Source: Sphingomonadales bacterium
GTDB lineage: Bacteria; Pseudomonadota; Alphaproteobacteria; Sphingomonadales; Sphingomonadaceae
Reading direction: 5' to 3'
Assembly (NCBI GenBank): GCA_031418995.1
Contig: JANOKA010000215.1
Coordinates: 1 to 61,159, forward strand
Length of the DNA: 61,159 nt
Shown: positions 20,641 through 33,333 of the stretch, one piece after another
Layout: every line of letters starts with the position of its first letter
How positions within the stretch are numbered: position 1 is the stretch's first letter
Made by a program: the position numbers and the translations under genes
Notes under the pieces: generated by a model
Database searches by the model: none
Told to the model about the DNA's origin: nothing
The model's input: only the letters and a program-made list of their open reading frames with translations

Positions 20641-21661
20641 CCAGACAGGGGCTGCAGGTGGCTATTGTCGACGGGTCATTCATGCCCTCAAAACCATTTA
20701 ACGGGAACACAACTGAAAATCTGCCGGACACTAACGGACTAGAAAACCGCGCATCACTGACTACAGCGGTCCGCTCCTTCCCGCTAACAATTACGCCATC
20801 ATAGGGCATACGCGACCAAAACAGGAAGGCGGCCAAGTCTGGGTTCTTTGGCACCAGTTTCTCGATTTCAATGATATGCACAGTATCCTTGCCTACCTGT
20901 ATTTGTCCAACATCAATCTGTACCGGCTTGCTTTGAAAAACCGAATATTCCGTGCGGTAGTAGTTGTTCTTGCTGCCAAACAAAACTTCACGGCGCCAAA
21001 ATGCCACGGGTACAGGATTTGCGACGATCTGATCTACTGCAATTCTACTGTCGCTAAGTTTAATGGAGTCATCGGTTGCTGAAACAGCTGCTTTGCTAAT
21101 TATTGCATTACCGTTGATATAGGCGAGCACGGCCAAAACCGCAGCAATCGCAGGCCGATTGAAGTTGCGCGAACCAAGTTTTTCGCGGCGAAGTGAAAGC
21201 CAAAGCCCCAAAAAGCCAACCACCCAAATCCACACATCGATAATAAACAGCGTATCGCCGTAAAACCATTCACTTGAAAACGGTTCGAGTAAACGGATAC
21301 CATAACTATTAAACCAGTCGAAAAGCGGATGGCTCAAACATCCAATATACGCCAACCCCAACAGCCAGCCCTTATGCAGCGGCAACCGCTTCTCCGGCCT
21401 TTTCCCTCGTCGCGCTTGCCAGTTATCAAACCAAATCATTGCACCCCATAATAGCAACGGCAGTATAACCATCGCTATCGGCCCATGCGTAATTCCCCGC
21501 CGTATCGCCAAATGCTGATGCCCGCCCAGCGCCAATGCAAGCACGTCAATATCGGGAATATTTGCCGCAATAATCAGCGTGGGCATCGCAAGCCCCGTTT
21601 TGCGCTTCAACCCCATCTGACCAAGCAGCGCGCCAACGAGGGAATGGGTTAAATTATCCAT
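20633..21661 (-). CDS. Membrane-bound metal-dependent hydrolase (YdjM/YbcI-like)
   Basis: MDNLTHSLVG, ANIPDID, RGITH, SHPLFDWFNSYG. Confidence 0.88.
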   Translation of the reverse strand: MDNLTHSLVGALLGQMGLKRKTGLAMPTLIIAANIPDIDVLALALGGHQHLAIRRGITHGPIAMVILPLLLWGAMIWFDNWQARRGKRPEKRLPLHKGWLLGLAYIGCLSHPLFDWFNSYGIRLLEPFSSEWFYGDTLFIIDVWIWVVGFLGLWLSLRREKLGSRNFNRPAIAAVLAVLAYINGNAIISKAAVSATDDSIKLSDSRIAVDQIVANPVPVAFWRREVLFGSKNNYYRTEYSVFQSKPVQIDVGQIQVGKDTVHIIEIEKLVPKNPDLAAFLFWSRMPYDGVIVSGKERTAVVSDARFSSPLVSGRFSVVFPLNGFEGMNDPSTIATCSPCLDE

Positions 21662-21839
21662 TCACTATACGCCGCATATAAACCGGAAAACTGGCAGAAA
21701 ACCGAACAAGTTCACAGTACAATTGTTATTATATTGCAGCACATGTTTCATCATTTTCATAAGCGTTAAGCTGGCAAAAGAAATCCTACATTGCAAATGG
21801 ATATGTTGCTCTGATGACGATTATGTGGCGCACAAACCA

Positions 21840-22883
21840 CTAAACCTCCGGATGCCCCTCGGCTACGGTCCAGGTTTGACCTTTTTGTAGCAGCTTACCC
21901 AAATCAGCGGACTTGCCTTCGCTGGCAGATGCGTTTTGGGCGGTAACAGCATCTTCGAAAGTGGGACGCGGATCATCGTATAACACGCCTAGCGCCATCG
22001 GGAATTCGCCGAACGGCATTTCCACCAGCATATGTGCAACGCTGCGGTTGGTTACGTCGTGGATTATCACGTCTGCCGCCGCATGATCGCCGTCCACCAC
22101 ATCAACAACTTTCAAGTTCAGCGTATCAATATCAAGTGCTATACCCTTTACACCGCCACTTTTTTCCGAGCCGAACAGCATCGGCGCGCCGTTTTCCAAC
22201 CATAATTGATGTTCTTCGGCACCTTTGGGTCGTGCAAAATCCTCAAAAACATCTTTATTATAAACAATACAATTCTGAAAGATTTCAATAAATGCCGCAC
22301 CCCTGTGTTTATGTGCAGCTTTCAATACATCGGTCAGGTTTTTGGACACATCAAACCCGCGCGCCACAAACCGCGCACCGGAACCCAGCGCGAATGCACA
22401 CGGAGTTGCGGGGCGATCAACCGAACCATAAGGCGTCGAAGGGCTGTTTGTTCCCACGCGTGATGTCGGTGAATACTGGCCTTTAGTAAGGCCATAAATT
22501 TCGTTGTTAAACAGCATAATCTGACAATTCAAATTGCGCCGCAACAAATGCATCGTGTGATTGCCGCCGATCGAAAGTGCGTCGCCATCACCCGTAATGA
22601 TCCAGACATCCAAATCAGGATTGGCCAGCTTTACGCCCGTCGCCAATGCTGGTGCACGTCCGTGTATGGTGTGAAAACCGTAAGTCTCCATATAATAGGG
22701 AAACCGCGAAGAACATCCAATGCCGCTGATGAACACGGTGTTTTCCGGCGTACCACCAATTTCCGGCATCGTGCGCTGCACCGCTTTCAGTATAGCATAG
22801 TCTCCGCATCCTGGGCACCAGCGCACTTCTTGATCGGTTTCCCAATCCTTGAGCGTCGTTTTAACGGGGGTCATATCGTTCAT
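21840..22883 (-). CDS. 2-oxoacid:ferredoxin oxidoreductase beta subunit
   Basis: WCPGCG, GIGCS, GDGD TPP motif, NNEIYGLTKGQ. Confidence 0.95.
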   Translation of the reverse strand: MNDMTPVKTTLKDWETDQEVRWCPGCGDYAILKAVQRTMPEIGGTPENTVFISGIGCSSRFPYYMETYGFHTIHGRAPALATGVKLANPDLDVWIITGDGDALSIGGNHTMHLLRRNLNCQIMLFNNEIYGLTKGQYSPTSRVGTNSPSTPYGSVDRPATPCAFALGSGARFVARGFDVSKNLTDVLKAAHKHRGAAFIEIFQNCIVYNKDVFEDFARPKGAEEHQLWLENGAPMLFGSEKSGGVKGIALDIDTLNLKVVDVVDGDHAAADVIIHDVTNRSVAHMLVEMPFGEFPMALGVLYDDPRPTFEDAVTAQNASASEGKSADLGKLLQKGQTWTVAEGHPEV

Positions 22884-24748
22884 TTCAAAGCTCCCTCAAT
22901 CGCCGATTCCATCTCAGCAATCGTAAACGGTTGCCCTGAAACCTTATTCACAGGGCGTGCGTCAACCAGAAACTGGTCGCGCAGCACCGTCTTCAACTGC
23001 CCCGTATTCATCTCCGGAACAATTATGCGGTCGAAACCTTTCAGCAGATCGCCCATATTTTTCGGCATTGGCCAGATATGGCGGACATGCACATGGGCGA
23101 CGTCCAAGCCTTTGGCGATACTGCGTTTTACTGCTTGGTGAATGGGTCCGTAGGTAGAGCCCCATCCAACGACGCACAACTTGGCTCCGGCATTGCCCAA
23201 ATCAACGGTTTGATCGGGGATGCTATCCGCCACACCGTTTACTTTGGCTGAACGAATATCGGTCATCGCTTGGTGATTTTCCGGCGCATAGTTGATATGG
23301 CCCGTGTCGATCTCTTTTTCGATCCCGCCGATCCGGTGCATCAATCCGGGCGTGCCGGGCTTTACCCATGGCCGTTTCAACTTGGTATCGCGGCCATAAG
23401 GTTTGAAACCACCCTCTTGTGCGGTATCCATAAACTCCACCGGAAATGGCTTATAACTCTCCAGATCGGGTACTTTCCATGGTTCCGCAGCATTTGCGAT
23501 ATAGCCATCGGTTAACAGCATAACGGGCGTCATATATTGCGTTGCAATCCGCACTGCTTCAATCGCGCAATCAAAAGCATCAACGGGTGAGCGCGCGGCA
23601 ATAACAGGCATTGGCGCGTCACCATTACGGCCATAGACGGCTTGGTACAGATCGGATTGTTCGGTTTTGGTAGGAAGGCCAGTGGACGGTCCTCCGCGCT
23701 GTGAATTAACAATAATCAGCGGTAGCTCGGTCATAATCGCCAACCCCATCGCTTCACCTTTTAGTGCAATTCCAGGACCAGATGAACTGGTAACACCCAA
23801 TTGCCCGGCATAGCTTGCGCCAATGGCAGAACATATCGCGGCGATTTCATCCTCCGCCTGAAAAGTCGTGATACCATATTCTTTCAGCCGCGACAGGTGG
23901 TGTAAAATCGCGGAGGCCGGCGTTATAGGATATCCGCCAAAAAACATCTTCAAACCTGCCAGTTGCGCACCAGCAACAAGCCCGAACGAGAGCGACTCCG
24001 CGCCAGTTACTGTCCGGTATATACCAGGTAATACGGGTGCAGGGTCTACATGAATTTGCTTCAATGGTCCGGCAAGTTCGGCTGTCTCGCCGTATGCATG
24101 GCCAGCATTCAGTGCAGCGATATTGGATTCAGCCAGCTCCGGCTTCTTGGAGAATTTGGCATTCAACCAATCAATAATTGGCTGGCGATCGCGGTCAAAC
24201 ATCCATAGCGATAGCCCCAGTGTCCACATATTCTTACACCGTAGCGCTTCTTTATTGCCCAAGCCAAACGGCTTCACCGCTTCCAATGTGAGAGCGCTGA
24301 TGTCGAACGCCAGCAATTGCCACTTTGCAAGGCTGCCGTCCTCCAACGGATTTGCGGTATATTTTGCTTTGGCGAGATTGCGTTCGTTAAACTCACCGCT
24401 ATCCGCGATTATCAATCCGCCTGCACGCAGAGCGCCAACATTTGTTTTGAGTGCTGCCGGGTTCATCGCCACCAGTACATCAGGCTGATCGCCAGCCGTA
24501 CTGATGGCTTCGGAACCAAAATTTACTTGAAATGCCGATACGCCGAACAAAGTGCCCACAGGCGCACGGATTTCTGCTGGGAAATCCGGGAATGTTGCGA
24601 AATCATTGCCCGCTAGCGCCGCCGACAGCGTAAACTGTCCGCCAGTTAACTGCATGCCGTCGCCGCTATCCCCCGCAAAGCGCACAACTACGCTTTCACT
24701 TTTGCTCGACGCGCTCTGATCGATAATTTCCTGTGCTGCCGTAGCCAT
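22880..24748 (-). CDS. 2-oxoacid:ferredoxin oxidoreductase alpha subunit (gamma-alpha fusion)
   Basis: FAGDSGDGMQ, YPITP, QAEDEI, SSGPG, RGGPSTGLPT. Confidence 0.95.
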   Translation of the reverse strand: MATAAQEIIDQSASSKSESVVVRFAGDSGDGMQLTGGQFTLSAALAGNDFATFPDFPAEIRAPVGTLFGVSAFQVNFGSEAISTAGDQPDVLVAMNPAALKTNVGALRAGGLIIADSGEFNERNLAKAKYTANPLEDGSLAKWQLLAFDISALTLEAVKPFGLGNKEALRCKNMWTLGLSLWMFDRDRQPIIDWLNAKFSKKPELAESNIAALNAGHAYGETAELAGPLKQIHVDPAPVLPGIYRTVTGAESLSFGLVAGAQLAGLKMFFGGYPITPASAILHHLSRLKEYGITTFQAEDEIAAICSAIGASYAGQLGVTSSSGPGIALKGEAMGLAIMTELPLIIVNSQRGGPSTGLPTKTEQSDLYQAVYGRNGDAPMPVIAARSPVDAFDCAIEAVRIATQYMTPVMLLTDGYIANAAEPWKVPDLESYKPFPVEFMDTAQEGGFKPYGRDTKLKRPWVKPGTPGLMHRIGGIEKEIDTGHINYAPENHQAMTDIRSAKVNGVADSIPDQTVDLGNAGAKLCVVGWGSTYGPIHQAVKRSIAKGLDVAHVHVRHIWPMPKNMGDLLKGFDRIIVPEMNTGQLKTVLRDQFLVDARPVNKVSGQPFTIAEMESAIEGALK

Positions 24749-24901
24749 TCGGTTCAACCCGTTCTGATTTGATACTGATATATTGTGCCTAAGGATTTTC
24801 ATCGGCAACTGCAATTTAGAAAATCTGTCAGCCATGCTTGGGTTGCTTTGCCCATTAAGGCCACATAGAGTGAAGTGATATTAAATAGCGGGAGTAGCAA
24901 T

Positions 24902-25864
24902 ATGAGCGATAGTGATTCCATGCCATATGTACGGCCAGATGTAGCGGCCTTGCTAACTATGATGGCACAAATGGGCAGTACGCCGATGGAGGAAAGCACG
25001 CCCGCGGAGGCACGGCAATTATATCTGGCGATGACGCCGATGATTGATGCCCCTGCCGAACCATTGGCAGTTATCCGTGATCTGACGTGTCCCGGTCCCT
25101 CCGGAGACATCAAACTGCGATTATATGATGCTCAGCAAAGCCGTGCGGCTGGTCCAGCAATGGTATTCTTTCATGGCGGCGGGTTTGTAATCGGGGATTT
25201 GGACACCCATCATAATTTCTGCACCACATTGGCAAAGATATTGGACATTCCCATAATTGCCGTCGATTATCGTCTGGCTCCAGAACATCCCTTTCCCGCT
25301 GCTCCGATTGATTGTGAGGCTGCTGCGCGTTGGATTGCAAGCAACGGAATAGCATTAGGATTGAAAATCACCGGATTATTTTTGTGCGGCGATAGCGCGG
25401 GTGGCAATTTGACAATTGTGACAACGCATGCGTTGATGGCACAGCCTGCTGCCGTCCCGCTGCTTGCTCAATTTCCGATTTATCCTGTAACCAACAGCGG
25501 AGCTTCCGGAGGTTCAATGGATGCATTTGCGCAAGGATATTTTTTAACGGCATCCGGCATGGCCTGGTTCAACAGTCATTACAGGCAAACGCCCGGCGAT
25601 CCCCGACATGATGTTCATAATCTGGACCATACTGGTATGCCGCCGACATTGGTGTTTACCGCAAGTCTTGACCCACTTAGCGATCAAGGCCGCGCATACG
25701 CCGCTGCTTTGGCTAAGGACGGTGTGCGCGTGATACATGATGAAGCGGAAGGAAACATCCACGGATTCATCTGTTTACGCGGCGGCGTACCTTCATCCGC
25801 CGATGACGTTGCGCGAATGGCGGAACATATGAAAACACTCATTAAAGAGACCACGGAAAACTGA
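24902..25864 (+). CDS. HSL-family esterase (alpha/beta hydrolase)
   Basis: HGGG, YRLAPEHPFP, GDSAG, DPL, HGF. Confidence 0.93.
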   Translation: MSDSDSMPYVRPDVAALLTMMAQMGSTPMEESTPAEARQLYLAMTPMIDAPAEPLAVIRDLTCPGPSGDIKLRLYDAQQSRAAGPAMVFFHGGGFVIGDLDTHHNFCTTLAKILDIPIIAVDYRLAPEHPFPAAPIDCEAAARWIASNGIALGLKITGLFLCGDSAGGNLTIVTTHALMAQPAAVPLLAQFPIYPVTNSGASGGSMDAFAQGYFLTASGMAWFNSHYRQTPGDPRHDVHNLDHTGMPPTLVFTASLDPLSDQGRAYAAALAKDGVRVIHDEAEGNIHGFICLRGGVPSSADDVARMAEHMKTLIKETTEN

Positions 25865-26347
25865 ATGCCAAATAAGTCCAGAGAACAAAATTACCGTCCA
25901 TGTGCGGGCATCATGCTTGCAAATCGTGACGGGCAGATTTTTGTCGGCAAAAGGATTGACAACCCGAGCGCAGAAGCATGGCAGATGCCACAAGGCGGAA
26001 TTGATGATGGCGAAGAACCGCGCGATGCGGCACTGCGCGAGCTAACCGAGGAAACGGGTATTGCAGCTGAGCTGGTCGATATTCTGGCGCAAAGTGCCGA
26101 AGAATATTATTACGATTTGCCCGAAGATCTGGCTGGTAAAATCTGGAAAGGCAAATGGCGCGGACAACGGCAACACTGGTTTTTGATGCGGTTCAAAGGA
26201 GACGATAGTTCCATTAACATCGCAACAGAGCATGCCGAATTTTCACATTGGCAATGGACCGATCCTGTGCGGGTTCCCGAACTGATCGTTCCGTTTAAGA
26301 AACGCTTGTATGAACAGGTATTAGAAGAATTTTCATCATTAATTTAA
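25865..26347 (+). CDS. rppH: RNA pyrophosphohydrolase (Nudix)
   Basis: WQMPQGGID, RELTEETG Nudix box, GQRQHWF, VPFKK. Confidence 0.93.
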   Translation: MPNKSREQNYRPCAGIMLANRDGQIFVGKRIDNPSAEAWQMPQGGIDDGEEPRDAALRELTEETGIAAELVDILAQSAEEYYYDLPEDLAGKIWKGKWRGQRQHWFLMRFKGDDSSINIATEHAEFSHWQWTDPVRVPELIVPFKKRLYEQVLEEFSSLI

Positions 26348-26359
26348 CGCATACTGACG

Positions 26360-26899
26360 TCAGTTTGTTTTTGACTTATCTAAGACAGGAAAGGTTTCGG
26401 CTACGGGATCAATCGCGACTGCATTCGCTTGTAAAACCGGTTTCTGCCCGTAGTTGCCGATGGCAAGCGCCAGTGTATCAACGCTAGCACAATCACGCTG
26501 GCACAGCATTTTCAACCGGGACAAATTCGCCTTTGCCTGATCCACTGCGCCTTTAGCCAACATCGCTCTTGCCTGCTCATTCAACGCGGCCTGATCGTTG
26601 GGTTCAAGTTCCAATGCTTCTTTATAAAAACGAATGGCTTTGCCGTTCAGCCCTTTTGATTTCACCGCACGCGCCATCGCAATATAAGCGGCGCGGTTAC
26701 GCGGATCGACAGCCAACGCCGTTTCATAATAATCCAGTGCGCTTTCAATATTTGCAGATTTTATCGCGAGGTTACCTTGTTCCAACAAAGAAATGGACAA
26801 AGGCTCAATATCATCGTCTGTTTTTTTCGTCAGACCAGCGCTGGAAAGCATTGCAAAGCTAAGCGATAAAGCAATGGCAGCAGGCGAAAAACGCATCAT
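26360..26899 (-). CDS. Secreted TPR protein
   Basis: Signal peptide; TPR repeats (YYETALAVDP, FYKEALELEP). Confidence 0.82.
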   Translation of the reverse strand: MMRFSPAAIALSLSFAMLSSAGLTKKTDDDIEPLSISLLEQGNLAIKSANIESALDYYETALAVDPRNRAAYIAMARAVKSKGLNGKAIRFYKEALELEPNDQAALNEQARAMLAKGAVDQAKANLSRLKMLCQRDCASVDTLALAIGNYGQKPVLQANAVAIDPVAETFPVLDKSKTN

Positions 26900-26934
26900 T
26901 TTTTCCAGTATTGTTTCGGTATGATGATTGGCTA

Positions 26935-28089
26935 TCACAGCTTTTCCAACCTAGCCATGAAAAATCCGTCTGTATTGTCATGCCGGGGCGTTAGTAATAT
27001 GCCGTCGCCGTGTGGCCTGCCTGCATCTATGTGCAATTCACCTATGGTCCAACCGGAATTTTGCTTAAGAAACACCTCAATCTGATCTCGCCCTTCTTGA
27101 TTTAGCAGCGAACATACTGCGTAAACCATTGCACCGCCGGGCCGAACCAATGCTGCGCCAAGATTAAGCACATGTTTTTGCAATGCAGTTACCTGGTCCA
27201 GTCGCTGTGGAGTAAGCCGCCAACGCAGTTCTGGATTGCGGCGCCAGGTTCCGGTACCCGAACACGGTGCATCAATCAAAACCAGATCGGCAGCCTGCTT
27301 TAAATCAGAAAGTGCATCCGTTTCACGCTTTGGATTTAACAACCGAATTTCAATATTTTGTGCGCCTGCTTGCTGGGCACGCGGCAAAAGACGTGACAAA
27401 CGTCCACGATCAGTATCGCACGCAATCAATTTTCCAGTGGCCTGCATATCGGCTGCTAATGCCAATGTCTTGCCGCCTGCTCCGGCACATAAATCCACAA
27501 TAGTTTGCCCCGGCTTCGCCTGACAACCGATGGCGATAAATTGGCTTCCGGCATCCTGCACCTCGACCAGACCATTTAGTTCAGGTGTTGCGGCGAGCGG
27601 CGTATTTTCCGGCAAACGTAGACCAGCAGATGTTCCTGCAATGGGTATAGCGCCGTTAAGAAGCGCCATTATATTTTCGCGGTTTGATTTAAGCGTATTG
27701 ACCCGCACATCCAAAGGCGCGCGTTCCAACAATGCCGCGTGTTCCACTTCGGATATTTTTAACGTCAACCATTCAGGGACTAACGATGGAATTGCGCGCG
27801 GTTCATTAGAACTCGGCGCAACCGGACCATGAGGAGAATCGTCGAACAATTCGTTCAGATCGTTCAAACCCAGTATCGCTGCTCTGCCGCTTACAGGCGG
27901 AGCGCCAAAGCTGCGAATAGCGCGGTAAACCAGATCGCGCACAGCGCGGCGGTCTTTTGACCCTGCATAACGTCGATCCCGAAACCATTTTGCAATGATT
28001 ACATCAGCTGCTGCCCCATTTTCACCTGCCGCTGTAATGATTAAATCAAGCAACTCTATGGCCGATTGAACGCGCGCGGCAGGCTGCAT
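26935..28089 (-). CDS. RsmB/NOP family RNA m5C methyltransferase
   Basis: QDAGSQ, DLCAGAGGKT, DAPCSGTG, DGFF. Confidence 0.92.
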   Translation of the reverse strand: MQPAARVQSAIELLDLIITAAGENGAAADVIIAKWFRDRRYAGSKDRRAVRDLVYRAIRSFGAPPVSGRAAILGLNDLNELFDDSPHGPVAPSSNEPRAIPSLVPEWLTLKISEVEHAALLERAPLDVRVNTLKSNRENIMALLNGAIPIAGTSAGLRLPENTPLAATPELNGLVEVQDAGSQFIAIGCQAKPGQTIVDLCAGAGGKTLALAADMQATGKLIACDTDRGRLSRLLPRAQQAGAQNIEIRLLNPKRETDALSDLKQAADLVLIDAPCSGTGTWRRNPELRWRLTPQRLDQVTALQKHVLNLGAALVRPGGAMVYAVCSLLNQEGRDQIEVFLKQNSGWTIGELHIDAGRPHGDGILLTPRHDNTDGFFMARLEKL

Positions 28090-28094
28090 GTTAC

Positions 28095-31090
<2,996 letters not shown>

Positions 31091-31209
31091 CAGAAAATTC
31101 CTTATGATGCAGCTAGCTCCGCTTAGATACCGTTTATCCGCTTTGTGACTGCGCCTTTGATCGTTTCAGTAACCGTTTTACAGACGCAATGCGAAGGTAT
31201 TTTTTGGCT

Positions 31210-31800
31210 CTACCGCATCATCTTTCCGGCCATGCCGATAATATCGTCCAGCGGGTTGCCGTCTCCGTTCATGTCCAGCAAACTGCCAAGGCCTCCAGCG
31301 CTGATTGTTTGTCCGCCACCGCCGCTACCGCCCAACAATCCGCCAAGCAAACCGCCCAAACCGCCCGATGCCGCGCCACTTTCCTGTGCTGCACCGCCGG
31401 ATTGCTTTGCCATATACCCTGCGACTAACATCGCCAGTATTGGTAGCATCTTTTTTAACATGGAAGGGTCAATCCCGGTCTGCGTCGCTGCATGTCCTGC
31501 AACAGAGCGGCTGACGTCTTTTGATCCAAATATCTGTCCTAAAATATCATTGCCCTGCTCAATAGGCGTTGGTTCAGGTGCAACCACCGAGTCAAACAAT
31601 CCGCCACCGCCCAGTTGCCCAAGTAGTCCGCCAAGGCCATCCAATCCCGTTGGCTGTGCCTGCGCTGTTTTTTTGAAACCACCCAGAATGGACGGCAGTA
31701 ACGCTGCAGCGCCCATTTCGGCTATTTGCTCATTCACGCCCAGTTGCTGCGCAATTGCACCTATTGCGCCTGATTGCTTCAATATGCTCGTCAAATCCAT
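31210..31800 (-). CDS. DUF937 (YidB-like) Gly-rich protein
   Basis: GNDILGQIFG, LKKMLPILAMLVAG, GGLGGLLGG; C-terminal LDMNGDGNPLDD. Confidence 0.8.
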   Translation of the reverse strand: MDLTSILKQSGAIGAIAQQLGVNEQIAEMGAAALLPSILGGFKKTAQAQPTGLDGLGGLLGQLGGGGLFDSVVAPEPTPIEQGNDILGQIFGSKDVSRSVAGHAATQTGIDPSMLKKMLPILAMLVAGYMAKQSGGAAQESGAASGGLGGLLGGLLGGSGGGGQTISAGGLGSLLDMNGDGNPLDDIIGMAGKMMR

Positions 31801-31992
31801 TTTTATTCTCCCAGTTATATGGCCCAGACGTGGCCGTTTAATCAGCTTATGGCAAGTATCTAGCGGGATGAAACGGGCTTTGGATAAGTTTTTACAATTT
31901 GAGAAACGTAAGCAATGCAATCGCTGAAAATCATGTCTATACTCGCATCGCAATCCGCGCACATTCGCGTGATGCATCTATCAGGAGGTTTC

Positions 31993-32367
31993 ATGAGCAT
32001 ATTTGGAAAAATCAAGGACGCTATTTTCGGCAAGAAAGCCGTAGCAGCCGTACCGACAGCAGCACCTGTTGCAACACCTGTTGCCGAACCTGTGTCGGTC
32101 GCAATCAGCGATGTCGATGTAATCGCGCATTTAGAATCAATGGCAGCAGACAGCGGTAGCCAATTAAATTGGCGTAATTCGATCGTAGATTTAATGAAAC
32201 TTGTTGGAATGGAAAGCTCGCTTCAAGAGCGTAAAGATCTCGCTATGGAGCTTGGTTACACTGGCGAACTGGCAGGCAGCGCAGAAATGAACATCTGGCT
32301 GCATAAGGCTGTGATGCGTGAATTGGCTGCAAATGGCGGCGTCGTTCCCGCAGAATTGCTCGATTAA
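31993..32367 (+). CDS. DUF3597 family protein
   Basis: AGGAGG RBS; LNWRNSIVDLMKL, ERKDLA, MNIWLHKAVM. Confidence 0.88.
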   Translation: MSIFGKIKDAIFGKKAVAAVPTAAPVATPVAEPVSVAISDVDVIAHLESMAADSGSQLNWRNSIVDLMKLVGMESSLQERKDLAMELGYTGELAGSAEMNIWLHKAVMRELAANGGVVPAELLD

Positions 32368-32385
32368 GCCCTATTTCAGCAAGGT

Positions 32386-32420
32386 AAAAAAAAGCCCGGT
32401 TCGAAAAGACCGGGCTTTTT
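32386..32420. terminator. Bidirectional intrinsic terminator
   Basis: AAAAAAAAGCCCGGT-tcgaaaag-ACCGGGCTTTTT between convergent genes. Confidence 0.85.
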
Positions 32421-32429
32421 ACGTCATGA

Positions 32430-32738
32430 CTAATCTTTTTTGCCAAAAAAACCTTTTGCCATTCCGGCTAGATCATTCAGCGGATTGCCATCGCCATCTT
32501 TATCAAGAAATCCGGTGGCCTTACCAAGCAGGCTATCTTCGCCGCCCAGCATTTCTTTGATTTTGTCTACAGAAACACCGTGCTCCGCTGCTAAATCCTG
32601 AATTGCCTGCATTTTATCACCGTCGCCTGTCAGTTTTTCCTGTAATGAAGACATTAGCGCGCCTGCCTTATCTGTTGATACACCTAATTTCTCTGCCATA
32701 GCTTCGACATTACTCATCAATCCATCCAATATACCCAT
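32430..32738 (-). CDS. Small hypothetical protein (102 aa)
   Basis: AAGGAG RBS before MGILDGLMS; C-terminal LDKDGDGNPLND. Confidence 0.78.
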   Translation of the reverse strand: MGILDGLMSNVEAMAEKLGVSTDKAGALMSSLQEKLTGDGDKMQAIQDLAAEHGVSVDKIKEMLGGEDSLLGKATGFLDKDGDGNPLNDLAGMAKGFFGKKD

Positions 32739-32841
32739 GAGACCGCTCCTTTTTCCATTGTGAATGCGTTCAGTAGCAAAATTACACATTGAGTAGAATG
32801 ATTCCATGACACCCTGATGTAAAATCAAAAACACATATCCA

Positions 32842-33297
32842 TCACTGTACAAAATCAAATCCGCATAAATCAGGGCATACATATTCCCGCCGCGCCTTTA
32901 CAGAAAACAACACTTGCTTTGAGTAAAAATTTAGAAGCCATTCCCGGTCGCCCTGCGGCGAAAGTAGCAATGCATTGACCGCATCCACCAAAACAATTTC
33001 CTGACCACTATTTTCCAAATGCCGTTTTACTATAAGGATATATGACTGGGTTATTGTTTCGTGATAACCTTGGGTATTGTCATTAACTGTACCCACTGCT
33101 TGATTATAAAGGCGTATAATTCCTGGCATATCGCGTTCAGAAATCAAATCTGGACGCACTTTTATTATCCAGCAACATGCTGCCAAATGGGCTTCATGCG
33201 TCCATTGGATGCGCGGCAATTGGCAGGATAAAAGGCCTTCGCCGATCAATCTTATTTCATCATCGCAGGCAAATAGTCGCGGTTTATGATCTGACAT
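32842..33297 (-). CDS. Hypothetical protein with WTHEAH / YHETIT motifs
   Basis: 151-aa ORF directly downstream of pckA with protein-like composition. Confidence 0.75.
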   Translation of the reverse strand: MSDHKPRLFACDDEIRLIGEGLLSCQLPRIQWTHEAHLAACCWIIKVRPDLISERDMPGIIRLYNQAVGTVNDNTQGYHETITQSYILIVKRHLENSGQEIVLVDAVNALLLSPQGDREWLLNFYSKQVLFSVKARREYVCPDLCGFDFVQ

Positions 33298-33333
33298 TTT
33301 TCGGCACCCATTCGCCGACTTATTCCGGCCTGT

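Noticed and set aside
21686-21700. Possible LexA box (GAAA-N7-GAAA) upstream of the hydrolase-photolyase unit
   Set aside because: Both half-sites mismatch GAAC; expected by chance in an A-rich region.
31310-31380. Short CCGCC repeats
   Set aside because: They encode the GGLGGLLGG low-complexity protein segment; not a CRISPR or DNA repeat element.
31145-31927. 260-aa Pro-rich plus-strand ORF
   Set aside because: Antisense shadow of the Gly-rich DUF937 gene (GGC codons read as Pro/Ala).
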